54,943 nt of DNA from Octopus bimaculoides. Taxonomy: Eukaryota. The stretch covers positions 20,075,462-20,130,404 of the forward strand of contig NC_068983.1 of assembly GCF_001194135.2 (NCBI RefSeq). The letters are read 5' to 3'. Shown one piece after another: positions 11,886-24,780 of this stretch (positions are counted from its first letter, which is position 1; each line of letters begins with the position of its first letter). The notes beneath the pieces were generated by a model that made no database searches, had not been told where the DNA came from, and saw only the letters and a list, made by a program, of their open reading frames with translations. Position numbers and translations under genes: made by a program.

Positions 11886-12237
11886 ATATCTTCTTTGAAG
11901 AATACTTCATACCAGACATTCGTTATCAGCACTCCTTTTTAAGAGTTGTTCCCAATTTTCACCGAGCAGTTACTTTATTTTCTCATGAAGCGGAGACACT
12001 TTCAGTGAATCAAGAACTTATTTTATACGATATTTCGTATAGCAAGACACACATACTCACATATATGTGAGTGTGTGTATACGTGCACACACGTATACAT
12101 ACTCTAACACACACATAAACAGATATATAAACACACCAGATGTGCACTCATACTACCACAGGCGCATTTACGTATACTCACATGCACGCTTACACACAAA
12201 CACACGCATACACACAAATACGTACACACAGATTGAC

Positions 12238-12296
<59 letters not shown>

Positions 12297-12301
12297 CAGA
12301 C

Positions 12302-12379
<78 letters not shown>

Positions 12380-13516
12380 GGAAAGAGAGAGAGATGTGTA
12401 TTCGCCTGCAGGCATAATATGTATGTAAATAGGCAAATGTGTATGTAATGTTGACTTGCAAGATTCGTTAGAATCTACGTATTTCAACGTATATGGCGCT
12501 AGGAAAGATTAGGTACATGACTTACAATACTGAAGACCAATTAAAGTTTTCGCATACGGGTTGTTTACTGTAAGTGTGCGTATATATACCGACACGTCTA
12601 TGTAACTATTTATGTATGCACGGGGCGCATGTGTGCATAAACCTAATGCTAAAGCGAGAATGTTAAGGCAAGTTTAATATTTCTACAATATTTTACATGT
12701 CGGTATGTAAGTTACTATCTCCATTAAGTTCTTGACAGCTACTGCCAGATATCATGATAGAAAACAATATGTTATCTCAAATGATGCATCAAAAAGAGAA
12801 TAGTTGCCAAATATATCTTATAAATAATTGATATTATTTTTATATTACCTAATACTGTCTATTTGTATCGTTACATGAAATGCTATTCTTGTCTCTGCGG
12901 CCTCATTTATGCTGATATGAGCAATCTTTAGAAATTAAAATATATGAGATGGTGAGCAAAGGTGAATGATAATTATACATAGTAGACTGAATGAAAGTCA
13001 AAATTAAACACTTGCTCATGTTTGTATACTTTTCGAAGAATTTGTGGGTATGTGTATGAGAGGGTGCTGAAACATTCCTGGCATTGGATAAACGAAAATA
13101 TAAGAAGATCAGTTAATTATGATTTTATTCAACATATTCCCCTATCAGATTCACACACCTGTTGCAGTAAACCTTCAGGTTTTCTAAGTCCTGTAAAAGC
13201 AGTCGGAAGGTTGGGCATCCAACCAGGCCTATCGCGACATCCTTAAAATCAGGAACTTTTCAACACACCCTCGTGTGAGTGTGTGTGTGTGTTTATGTGT
13301 GTATGTGTGTGTGAGTGTGTGTACAAGCGTACGCGTAACCGTTCCATTCAAACTGAAAATCTAGCGTCGCATAGTAGAGTAATAAGTCAAACGAATGCAG
13401 TTGATATAACTTATTCCTTGAAAGCAATCGTTTCAACAATATATAATGAACATAAATGATTGTGTCATATAGGTTTCAACTCTATTTCGGGGGAGATAGA
13501 TAAGTCGATTACATCG

Positions 13517-13815
13517 ACTCCAAATGAAGTAGCCAATCTTATGCTTGGTGTTCCCCATGAAAATCATATTTTCATTCGGGTTCGAGATAACAACTTTAAA
13601 CGTGTTTCACACACTCACCCCTCTTATCATGCTCTCCGGTATACTCTTATTCAGTGGAATGGACAAGATGGTATCATTTCAATATTCCACGGATTGAACC
13701 TGCAACAGGATAGCAAATTACAAACAAAAATTGTTGTCAAATGACTTCTATTTTTACCAACTGATGTTAAGACCAGAACACTCAAATCGATTACACATGT
13801 CAAATAAATTTTATT
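13517..13815 (+). mobile_element. Helitron Rep/helicase gene fragment (frameshifted)
   Basis: NEVANLMLG...KRVSHTHPSYHALRYTLIQWNGQDG, shift to YHFNIP, then DFYFYQLMLRPEHSNRLH; matches the Helitron region DEVA...RISETHxSYDALQYPLLFxxGEDGYH...FYxYRLMxR. Confidence 0.8.
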
Positions 13816-14332
13816 TTCATTTACATATTTTCTGCGCTATCTCGACAACCAGCTATAATTATTTCAAATACACTTCTCTACAACGATTAAGTTTCATTAC
13901 AAAATAAAAATAGTTTCACACTTTCAATTTGAACCAAAATTACAAAGTGTTGCTTTACGAGTGACGATGTGTGAAAAATGAAAGTAGTGTTTCTCCGAAT
14001 TAGTGTGCATATGAATAAATAATAATAAATAAAGCTGTTTATTATCTGTCTACCAAATAAACTATATTCTTGACTCAACAACTCCTTTTTACAACCAAAA
14101 TAACCTCGGCAACTAGGTTGGGTCGCACAATATTCAGGTCACATTCGGACAATATTTCCATTTGCTTCCAATGTTTCACTTTCGTCACATCTTTCACGCA
14201 TGCGTATAATTCCACTCAGACAATCATTTATGAAAATGTACACATAAATGTTGTATTAAAATAAGCCACAATGTAAACAATTGCATTTTTCTATATGCTA
14301 TGACGAAATACAGTCACACACACACACACACA

Positions 14333-14367
<35 letters not shown>

Positions 14368-15595
14368 GCACAAAAAAGATGTTTGAATATGTATTTATGG
14401 ACGAAAGCAAAGAATACGCACACCCGGTCTTTAGGGTTAGGGTTGCCCTCTCTTTCAATTTCTGCTCTCTTCAAAGCATACAGAAGAAATTAAAACAATT
14501 TTACGAAAATTAACGAACAATCATATGATCCCATACATGTCGAGTTTCCAACTTTGCTTCTTCAAACGAAAGAATGCCATAAAATGACTTTATTTGACAC
14601 GCATATACACNNNNNNNNNNNNNNNNNNNNNNNNNNNNNNNNNNNNNNNNNNNNNNNNNNNNNNNNNNNNNNNNNNNNNNNNNNNNNNNNNNNNNNNNNN
14701 NNNNNNNNNNNNNNNNNNNNNNNNNNNNNNNNNNNNNNNNNNNNNNNNNNNNNNNNNNNNNNNNNNNNNNNNNNNNNNNNNNNNNNNNNNNNNNNNNNNN
14801 NNNNNNNNNNNNNNNNNNNNNNNNNNNNNNNNNNNNNNNNNNNNNNNNNNNNNNNNNNNNNNNNNNNNNNNNNNNNNNNNNNNNNNNNNNNNNNNNNNNN
14901 NNNNNNNNNNNNNNNNNNNNNNNNNNNNNNNNNNNNNNNNNNNNNNNNNNNNNNNNNNNNNNNNNNNNNNNNNNNNNNNNNNNNNNNNNNNNNNNNNNNN
15001 NNNNNNNNNNNNNNNNNNNNNNNNNNNNNNNNNNNNNNNNNNNNNNNNNNNNNNNNNNNNNNNNNNNNNNNNNNNNNNNNNNNNNNNNNNNNNNNNNNNN
15101 NNNNNNNNNNNNNNNNNNNNNNNNNNNNNNNNNNNNNNNNNNNNNNNNNNNNNNNNNNNNNNNNNNNNNNNNNNNNNNNNNNNNNNNNNNNNNNNNNNNN
15201 NNNNNNNNNNNNNNNNNNNNNNNNNNNNNNNNNNNNNNNNNNNNNNNNNNNNNNNNNNNNNNNNNNNNNNNNNNNNNNNNNNNNNNNNNNNNNNNNNNNN
15301 NNNNNNNNNNNNNNNNNNNNNNNNNNNNNNNNNNNNNNNNNNNNNNNNNNNNNNNNNNNNNNNNNNNNNNNNNNNNNNNNNNNNNNNNNNNNNNNNNNNN
15401 NNNNNNNNNNNNNNNNNNNNNNNNNNNNNNNNNNNNNNNNNNNNNNNNNNNNNNNNNNNNNNNNNNNNNNNNNNNNNNNNNNNNNNNNNNNNNNNNNNNN
15501 NNNNNNNNNNNNNNNNNNNNNNNNNNNNNNNNNNNNNNNNNNNNNNNNNNNNNNNNNNNNNNNNNNNNNNNNNNNNNNNNNNNNNNNNNNNNNNN

Positions 15596-15638
<43 letters not shown>

Positions 15639-16545
15639 CGAATGTGATAGACATTGAAACCTGTGTAAGGTTTACAGTTCAGCTTAATTTTAAAACAAAT
15701 TGAAAATCAGGTAAAGTCGTATATATTTTACTAACCATGCTCCTCTGCGATGCCGATCACTGCTGAACTGTCCTTAATATTAACTAATATTAACGATTAT
15801 TGCTTTATGTCCCACTTGCAATCAGTAAACTTTGTCTCGCTTTCTTCGCTAATCACATATGCATAAATTTCAAATAATCAGCCTTAACTAGATTTGTTTA
15901 CCCGAGCATCTCTGTTAATTTAGATGTGATGAAAATGTTTCTCCAAAGTATCATACATACCTAAGGATACACCATTTAGGTTCTTTATCATTGCTTTAAA
16001 TTGTTAACATTACTTGGTCTTCTTTCGCTGCTCCAAATCTTTCCTTTCCTAATTCTAATCCAATTTCTTGGGAATATGCGCGTTGCATCGGTAGATCTAT
16101 TTGCACCTTTTATTCTCCACGTAGTTAAGTTGCTTACCAGGATTCCCTACTGGTGTTGTTGTTCTTACTCATGCTGTACTTGTTGTTGCTGTTGTTTAGC
16201 TCGAGCCCAACTCTGACTGAAGGACCAAGAATCAAATAAAAACATGTTTACGTTTAAAGTATAATGTATAACAAGATCTTTGCTATTTCAATATGTCTTG
16301 CCCCGGGCTTTTTTTTTTTTGCCGTTTACAATTTGTTTTATTATTATGTGATACAGGGGCTGATAGAATGGCAGAAACATTAGAATGTCGGTTAAATTGC
16401 CTTATGGTAATTCTTCCGACACTGCTTATATTTTATATTAGTATATACATGCACTCATATTGTGTGTATTTTTGTGTGTGTGTATACGTATATATATATA
16501 TATATATGATTCTATTGTATAGATAGATAGCTAAANNNNNNNNNN

Positions 16546-16600
<55 letters not shown>

Positions 16601-16959
16601 TACATATATATATATATACATACAAGCGGACACATGCACGTGCATATCTTTTTATATTATATAGCAATAGTAATCGGTGCATCTTTTTTCTCTTACCGAC
16701 CACAAGTACTTTTTTGTCGACTCCAACATCTTTCGCTCACCCCTTCATTTGGAAAGAATTTCGAAGAAAAGAGGGGAAACTACTTGAGGCTGTATTTTCG
16801 TTTGTGTTGGTGTCGTTATTGTAGGGTAAGTTACCCTTCTAAGGATTCCTTCCCGGAAGATGGAGGTAAACCCTTCCCAAATCGGTTTGGAAATACTTTT
16901 TTCCAAGATCCGCTATCTATTTCACGTGCTGTTAATTCAATTTACTTTCTTCTACTCTT

Positions 16960-16994
16960 GTTGTTGCTGTTGTTCTTGATTTTGTTGTTGTTGC

Positions 16995-17046
<52 letters not shown>

Positions 17047-17735
17047 GGTGGTGGTGGTGTTGTTGTTGATGGTGCTGCTGCTAACAAGAGTGATTTCTTC
17101 GGTCCACATCTCTTTCAGCCTCCTGAAGAAGAAGAAGAAGAAGAAGAGGGTAGGAGGAGCAAAAGAGGATGTAGAGGAGGTAGGGAAGAGGAGAAGGAGG
17201 AGGACAAGAAGAAGAAGAAAATGAAGAAGAAGAAGAAGGAGGAGAATAAGATGAGGGGTGGAGGAGAAAAAGAGAATGTGGATAAGGTGGGGAAGAGGAG
17301 AAGGAGGAGGACAAGAAGAAGAAGAAAAAAGATGATGAAGAAGAAGAAGAAGAAGAAGAAGAAGAAGAAGAAGAAGAAGAAGAAGAGGAAGAGGGTAGGA
17401 GGAGCAAAAGAGAATGTAGAGGAGGTAGGGAAGAGGAGAACGAGGAGGACAAGAAGAAGAAAATGAAGAAGGAGAAGAAGATGAGGGGAGGAGGAGAAAA
17501 AGAGAATGTGGATGAGGTGGGGAAGAGGAGAAGGAGGAGTACAAGAAGAAGAAGAAAAAGAAAATGATGAAGAAAGAGAAGAAGAAGAAAAAGAAGAAGA
17601 AGAAGGAGGAGGAGGAGAAGAAGAAAATGAAGAAGAAGAAGAAGAAAATGAAGAAGAAGAATAAGGAGGAGGAGGAAGAGAAGAAGAAGAAGAAGAAGAA
17701 GAAGAAGAAGAAGAAGAAGAAGAAGAAGAAGAAGA
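16960..17735. repeat. Compound (GTT)n(GGT)n and (GAA)/(GGA)-rich low-complexity array with ~245-bp higher-order duplication
   Basis: Block gagggtaggaggagcaaaagag.atgtagaggaggtagggaagaggagaa...gatgagggg.ggaggagaaaaagagaatgtggat occurs at ~17146 and ~17391. Confidence 0.9.
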
Positions 17736-18899
17736 ATGACGATGAGCGAGAATGGAATTAGAAATGAATGAAAGAGAGAAACGAGAGAATATTTCCGGAA
17801 GTTTATTGAGATTTCGCAGATAACGATGTAAACCACCGACCACCCACACCCCAACCATACACACACACACACGCACCCAACCACGCGCGCACACGCACAT
17901 GCACACACACGTACACATCTCAGCCTCACTGATTTTTGTTTTCCGCTTCTAATCGAAACTTTACTGAAAGTTTAGTGAAACCAGATCCATACGCCACATC
18001 CTATACGTCAGAGTTAGGATGACAGACAGCCAGGGTGAAAAGGTTTCATTGAATATCTCGAAGCAAAATGTCCTTGAAGAAGACACACAAATTGTATTAT
18101 GTTTAAGATACACACGCATACTTACTCACACATGTATTGTAATCTTTAAAAAAACTTTTGTTTATTTTTCGTCAGTTGCCCATAGTAATTAAATAATCTC
18201 ATATACTGAATCACTGCTTTCACAATAATCCTACTCTCTACGTAACCTCATGCCTTCCTCATCCCTTCCTCATCCCTTCCATTCCTTATCCTCCGTACAC
18301 ACACTTTCTCTCTCTCTCTCTCTGCCTCTCTTTTCTTCTTTCCCTTTCTCTCGTATCCATTACGCGAATATCACAATTTTTACATTAATAAAAACTCTCT
18401 TCCTCACTCTCTCTCACACATACACACACACTCTCTCTCTCCCTCTCATATTTAACCGTGCAAGTATAGCTGAAAACACACAAATAAAACATCGTTTTTT
18501 TTTTGTCTCTTTGTTTATACGTATAGTTTATTCTATATTTTTCTCTGAGATGCCTTCTCTCACATTAGATCCGTTGTGTGTGAGATTCCTGCCGCTGACA
18601 ATGCTATGTATTTGTGCAACGCGTCGAAATGTATAAAGTCATGTAATTTATTTATAATCCTAATTCACAGACACGCTCGTTATGTATGTATGAATGTATG
18701 TATGTTTGTATGTATGTATGTGTGCATGTATGTATGTATGTATGTTTGTGTGCATGTATGTTTGTGTATATATGCGTGTGAACCCCTGACGATGAATACA
18801 TATATAATGCATATAAAATCATTTGCAAATTCATATCTATGTATTTATCCATGCTTGTCTCCATTTCGTTTTATTATTTGAATAAATGTTATAAAAAAA

Positions 18900-19925
18900 T
18901 TCCTTACCTTTAGCCTTGGAGTTGCAGGCAGAACCGTTGGTATTTTATCAACCGCAGCCACCACATAGTATTCCATGGGATTACTAATGAGCGAATTAGA
19001 AGGCCAGAAATTGGGGCTGGTAAAATAGTGATTCTCTAACAACCACTTCTGACTTTTTCCGGAGATAAGGCAAGGAGTCGAATCCTGCTACCACACATAT
19101 GACCTTTCAGCAGCAACACTCTCTGGCTAGGGATTGAACACAGTCTCCAGCCGCTTCACATAAACAACTGAATTGAGCCTAAGGCCCTGTTTAAATGTGT
19201 TGGCGCTACATGTTATCACCCTCAGTGGAGACGCACACACAGAGCATCACAGTTTGGAGAAACTTGGTTTTCTTAATACATGGGACATCACATGGATTGC
19301 AGGCAAGCCACCTGTTGTTGCAGGTGTTGCAGAACTGGTCGTGGCAGTTGTTCTTTCCATTTGAGACGAAGTGGATCACCCCCGGCTCAGCAGGATGTCT
19401 CAGACTGTTCAGGAGCTTCTTTGTTTCATCAAGATGTTTTGTACGAGTGATAGTAAAGGTTTTCATTCAGAGCCAGCTTCATGGCGGTGACTCCAACACT
19501 CATCTTACTCATGAAAGCCGGGTTCCTTTGCTCACACAATCTATCAACTTGTCCTGCAACTGCTGGATGGGTTCAGGCAGGCGGATGCTGTCAGAACGCC
19601 TGCGTGTCCCTTCCTACTGACCACGACATAAGTCTCCATAGCAGCTGCACATGTCACGTCTAAATGCTTTTACAATGTTTGCATAACATTGGGCACTAAT
19701 CGTGATGCTGGTATTTGGATACTCGGTGTGAATCATCATGATACCAGAAACATTTTTCCAATATTCACATGGCTTCCAGTCCTCCATATCAACAAACGTT
19801 TTCTCAACGACAACTTTAATCTTTATACTTTTCAAAGCCGTTGATAGTTCACCAATACATCAAGCTGTTTCTGAAAAAAGTAAACATAAGGCATCTCAAA
19901 TTTATCGCAGGCACACTGTCTATTC
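18900..19925 (-). mobile_element. maT/DD37D-like Tc1-mariner transposon, decayed, 3' truncated
   Basis: KKLLNSLRHP..PGVIHFVSNGKNNCHDQ..N.RWLACNPCDVP..TKF..VM..VSTEGDNM, then YVW*QDSTPC...WPSNSLISNPMEYYV; 36 residues between the last two catalytic positions in this copy (37 typical); stops and frameshifts; 5' end begins cagtgtgcctgcgataaatt at ~19918. Confidence 0.85.
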
Positions 19926-19984
19926 ATACATACATACATGCATGCATATTTACACACACACACGCATGTATGTATGTATGTATA

Positions 19985-20155
19985 TAAACAGCGTGCTCGA
20001 GATAAATTTGATGATGTCTTATGCTTACTTTTTTTCAGAAACAGCTTGATGTATTGGGGAACTATCAACGGCTTTGAAAAGCATAAAGATTAAAGTTGTA
20101 GTCGAGAAAAAGTTTGTTGATATGGTGGACTGGAAGCCATGTGAATAATGGAAAA

Positions 20156-20159
<4 letters not shown>
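19985..20159 (+). mobile_element. Second 5' end of the same maT-like element, oppositely oriented and truncated
   Basis: Near-exact reverse complement of 19752-19920; begins aaacagcgtgctcgagataaatt. Confidence 0.75.
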
Positions 20160-20200
<41 letters not shown>

Positions 20201-20203
<3 letters not shown>

Positions 20204-21424
20204 GTAAATAGATACTCTTATAATCATTACAATTCATTTAAATCTGAAATTATACATTCAAATTATTAATTGTTATAATGTGAATATTTGATAATTAGTA
20301 GACATGCCCTTTGCATTTTTCAATGCATCGACTCTATTAGGCATGTTACTGATCAGATGACGAATATTCTCTTGCGCAATTTCTTGTCAAGTTTCATGCA
20401 GTAATCTCAAAAGGTCTGGCTTTGAAGATGCTTTCTCCTATTTATAAAGTGTCCTGTCTATTATGTCCCAGAGGTATTCAATAGGGTTTATATCTAGTGA
20501 CTGGCTTGATCATGGAAGCATTTTAATGCCATTTTCATCCAACACATATTAGATCATTTTAGCCGTGTGACTAGGAGACTCATCTTCCATAAATAAAGAG
20601 TCTTCTTTAATCATTTCACCACTGGAGAAGATTAGGAGTTTTTTCTGCAATATGGACACATATTTATCTGAGTTTATGTCTTCTTCACACTCCACCAGCT
20701 CTGATCAACCATTGCTCCAAATTACCCCCCCCCCTCCAGACCAACACAGAATAGCTACCGTCTTTCATTGCTGGCTACAATATTTTCACCTCAAATTCTT
20801 GATCACAGTCTCCAGACCCACACTCGACCACAGTCAGAAAATACAGCAAATCTGGGCTCATCAGAGAATATGATAGTGTCCCAAAATACTAGTGGTCGCT
20901 CCACCATCTCACTGGCCCAATCTTTTCTCCGCTTGATGTGGACTGGTCGAAGAAGGGGCTTCCTTTTTGCTGCTCTGCCATAGTAACCAAGTTTTTAGAG
21001 ATACCTCACAGCTGTTCCGGAATTGACATCAACTTGTTCTGCTGTTAGAATCCTTGCAATGAGGATTATCTTCCACACTTCTTTTAGCAAAAGGAAGGGT
21101 CAGAGGGCACTGGTTGATCTGGTCGAGGCGACGTGGACTCCTCTTTTCTGGTGAATTGCACAATCATTCTATTATCTGTAGAAAGCGGGATCCCAAGGTT
21201 TTCTGCCATTTTACGCTATGTCCGCCTTCAGAATAACCCACAATACAGCCTCTTTGAAATTCAGACTATTCTAAAGCTTCTTTTGTACATGGCATGATTA
21301 AACAGTCACATATAGAACCTGAATCATATAAATGTCAATTAATAATATATATAAACCTTTACAAGTTAGAATAAACATAAAACAATGATTTATGGGGTGT
21401 CTATTTACTTCCGTCATGTCTGTG
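20201..21424 (-). mobile_element. Tc1 (DD34E-type) transposon, near full length, inactive
   Basis: ATG at 21295: MPCTKE..SEFQRGCIVG; [13 protein letters not shown]; WDTIIFSDE; SQSLDINPIEYLWD; AKGMSTNY. TIRs gaagtaaatagatactcttataatcatt (20201-) and aatgatttatggggtgtctatttacttcc...gtg (21384-21424) followed by TA. Several stops and frameshifts. Confidence 0.92.
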
Positions 21425-22493
21425 TATGCGTGTATATGGGTTGAAAGATAAATACATACATATAACGATANNNNNNNNNNNNNNNNNNNNNNNNNNNNNN
21501 NNNNNNNNNNNNNNNNNNNNNNNNNNNNNNNNNNNNNNNNNNNNATATATATATATATATATATATATAAATATATATTATATATATACATCTATTCACA
21601 CATACATTTATACATACATGCCTACGCACACGCAAGCACACACACATTTGCATTGACTCAAATGTATTCCCAGTTAAACATAGCATGAAACCCAATCCTT
21701 ATTAACTGTCAGTGAGGATTCTTCTTTCACAAACCTACCAGCCCATACACATTCGTCATCACAACATCATTTTGTTTATACATATATATATATATATATA
21801 TAAAAACATTCATTCCGCAGCAAAACATCGATATAATTATACATACAAATATAATTATTATTATACACAAACAACTGATAAACCTGGACAGTGTACAGTC
21901 ACAGCAATCTTAAATAACCTTCTAACTGAGCTGGACAACGAAATATTATAAACTTGCTCCTCCCCCCTTGATATGTATCACTCAAAGTCTTCGCTAAATA
22001 AAAACCAGATCACAGCTGAAGTTCCTTTGGGATGTTGTCCGAATAGAAGCCTTAATATAATGAATGTTATAACGGGTTTAGAATTACTTGTAACATTAAA
22101 ATGCTTTCATCAAAAGATAGGGTTTCATATTCAACCTGAATTGGTTTGATATTTGCCTTTTCTTTTTTTTTTATCTTTCATTGTTTGTTTTCACATGTTT
22201 CTGTTATTTATTTATTTATTTATTTATTCATTTATTCCATTTTTATTTTTGCAAATCAAGTGTCACATTTGACATTTCCGTTGTTGTGAGTGCGTTGAGT
22301 GTGCGTATGTAAGCATCAGCGCGTGTATATGTGTGAACGGGTGGTGCATGTATGACTATATGTTCCAATATATGCATTTATGTAGATGCTTGTGGTGCGT
22401 TGGTGTGTACGTCTAATTGCTTTTATTATTAGTTTTAGTATGTTTGTTCTTTTGGGGTTTTTTTTGCAGTTTTCTTTCTTGTTACATTTTGAT

Positions 22494-22606
22494 TTCTCGA
22501 TTCTCTTATATTCTCGATTCTCTTATATTCTCGATTCTCTTATATTCTCGATTCTCTTATATTCTCGATTCTCTTATATTCTCGATTCTCTTATATTCTC
22601 GATTCT
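22494..22606. repeat. 17-bp minisatellite (ttctcgattctcttata) x6.6
   Basis: Six perfect units plus 11 nt, counted directly. Confidence 0.97.
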
Positions 22607-22689
22607 AGTATATTCCATTATCAAGCGTTCCTTCCGAATCCACTGATTTAGTTACTACTGAAATTAAAGTTGACGTCATCTTCCCTGGC

Positions 22690-23350
22690 ATCATCATCAT
22701 CACCGTAATTTGGTTGTCATCGTTGATGTAGTCGTCGTCGTCGTTGTCATCGTTGTCGTCGTCATCGTTGTTGTCATCATCGTCGTCGTCGCCAACATCC
22801 CCAACGCCGTCATCATCGCAAACGCTGCCGCCGTTGTCCTCGTCATAGTTGCTAGTTCTTGTCGTTGCTTTTGCCATCGTCATCATCATCATTTTCATCA
22901 CCATCATCATCATCATCGTCATCATCATCTTCCCTCTCCTTATCCTCCTTATCTTCCTCCATCTTACCTTTCTCCTTCTCCATATATTTCACGTCCTTCT
23001 TCTCTTCTCCTCTTCCTCTTCCTTTATCATCATCACCATCATCACCATCCTTATGATTCTCCTCCTCCTCCTCTTCTTCGTCATCATCATATCTCATTGT
23101 TCTCTCCTCTTCCTCCTTATCCACTTTATCCTCATTTTCCTCCTACTCCTATTAATCATCATCATCCTTATCGTTCTCCTCCCACTACTCCTACTCCTTA
23201 TACTCCTCTGCCTTATGCTCCTCCTTTTCCTCCTCATCCTCCACCCTATCCTTAACCTCCAATTTATCCTTATTCTTTTCCTCCTTTTTATCCCTCCCTA
23301 CTCTTCCTCCTTCTTCTCCTCTTCATCGTCACCATCATCACCATCATCAT
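22690..23350. repeat. Low-complexity (TCG/TCA/TCC)-rich trinucleotide mosaic
   Basis: Direct reading; a mirror-composition tract lies at 45860-46148. Confidence 0.9.
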
Positions 23351-24400
23351 ATAATTTGTCTACTGACACGAGCCATTTTACGACATACATGTCTAAACTG
23401 TATTTATGCAGGTTTAATTCATGATCCTTTAAAAAGTTAACTTGAAATAATTAGTGAGTTATAAAATAATTTCAAAGAAATTTTTGTTGATTTGCTTTCC
23501 TTTTCAGGGCTGTAAATTCATTTTTTGTGAGCCATTAAAAGCATATATGCATACACACATACATACATACATACATACATACATACATACATACATACAT
23601 ACATCTTTTTTTATGACTGGACCTGTGGAAATTTTAAAATTTTATGAATATATTAAAATTTGGTGTATTGCTGTGATTTTCTACGCTGAATCTCAGCAGA
23701 TAGTTCACCTTTTTCAGAAAAATGTTTTTAAAAATTACAGAGATTTAAATTTTGATAATTTTTACACAGTCAGAAAACAGTATTTGGAAGCTGTCATTTT
23801 GTGCGTGACTGCCCGTGTTATCAACTTTTAACAAATGAAACATTGGCGGAATTCTGCTTTACGCGCGCCATAACTGGGTCTTTTTTTTTATTTGGGGGGA
23901 ATTTTCAGAAAATTTTTACGAATTTTTATTCTAGTTCAGGAATTCATACGATTATGCAAAAACAAACAAGAAATTCGTGCGTGATTTAAGGCTTATTTGG
24001 CTATTATTTTTATCACATTTCACAACCACCTTTTACTAAACCAAAAATCAATGTGTGAATAAGCAGCTTGGTTACAGGTTGGCTTGTTACTATGGAAACG
24101 GAAACTTATATGTTGTTGGCTTTCGGTTGGTTACAATGACACAAAATTTGCAAACTTTAAAAGCTATTAACTATTTATTGACTTCTGGCGAAAATAAATC
24201 TCATGACAATGATTACTTTAGAAAACTATAGCAATACACCAAGAAAGAAAATCAATGGGAAAAAAATTTAAGGAATTGAAATGTGGTTGCCAAACAGAAA
24301 AGAACAGTATTTTTCTTTGCTTTTTTTTTTAAAGATAATAGAGTATTTGATATTTGAGGGAGACATGGCTGATATCTTTAGAAGATTGTACGACACTCAC

Positions 24401-24453
24401 CACGCGAAGAATCAGATCAACAGTCGCTAACGCAATCACTGCCGCTACCTCCG
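24401..24453 (-). CDS. Candidate exon (53 nt, phase 1->0): (A)EVAAVIALATVDLILRV
   Basis: Strong donor GTG|GTGAGT and GNN-biased codons, but weak acceptor tract (gtaagactgcAG). Confidence 0.15.
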
Positions 24454-24512
24454 CTGCAGTCTTACATAGGTTAAACGTCCATCTGTCGATCGGTTATGAT
24501 ATTGATAATCAC

Positions 24513-24780
24513 CCTGGAGTTTCTCAACCATTTTATTCTTTCACCTATGGACCATTTTGATTCCTATTAAATTAGTATGGACCTTTCTAGCCATTCGCTG
24601 TTGTAAAACATCATATCATACGTTTATGATTAAATGTTATTAAGAATAATATTTTTAAAAACTGTTATAACGTTTTGCGTGTTGCAGAAGTACAACCATT
24701 TTATTGTCGATAAAATGTTAGCAACAATATTATATATTGACCCCCAAAAGGCCATATAGACCCCCCGGTTAAGAAACCAA
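24513..24780. mobile_element. hAT-like MITE (~270 bp)
   Basis: Termini ctggagtttctcaacc ... ggttaagaaacca; body similar to 52580-52801. Confidence 0.65.

Noticed and set aside
14431-14442. (TTAGGG)2 telomere-like repeat
   Set aside because: Two units are expected by chance in 55 kb.
16138-16216. Minus-strand exon with strong acceptor and CTG|GTAAGC donor
   Set aside because: The acceptor half lies in a repeat-like segment resembling 26755-26830, and the open frame is low-complexity Asn/Ser.
16823-16900. Cluster of short palindromes (agggtaagttaccct etc.)
   Set aside because: Stems of only 5-7 bp are not distinguishable from background.
16634-17929. Overlapping 200-280 aa poly-L/S/K ORFs; likewise 22605-23424, 49653-50279, 50445-51181, 53675-54111
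   Set aside because: Translations of trinucleotide repeats, open in several frames on both strands, with no coding signature.
22494-22606. Regular short repeats here and at 41330-41416 as CRISPR-like arrays
   Set aside because: Head-to-tail units with no unique spacers, eukaryotic context and no cas genes.
23600-24310. Possible non-autonomous DNA transposon interior
   Set aside because: The composition is suggestive, but I found no matching termini, TSD or coding motif.
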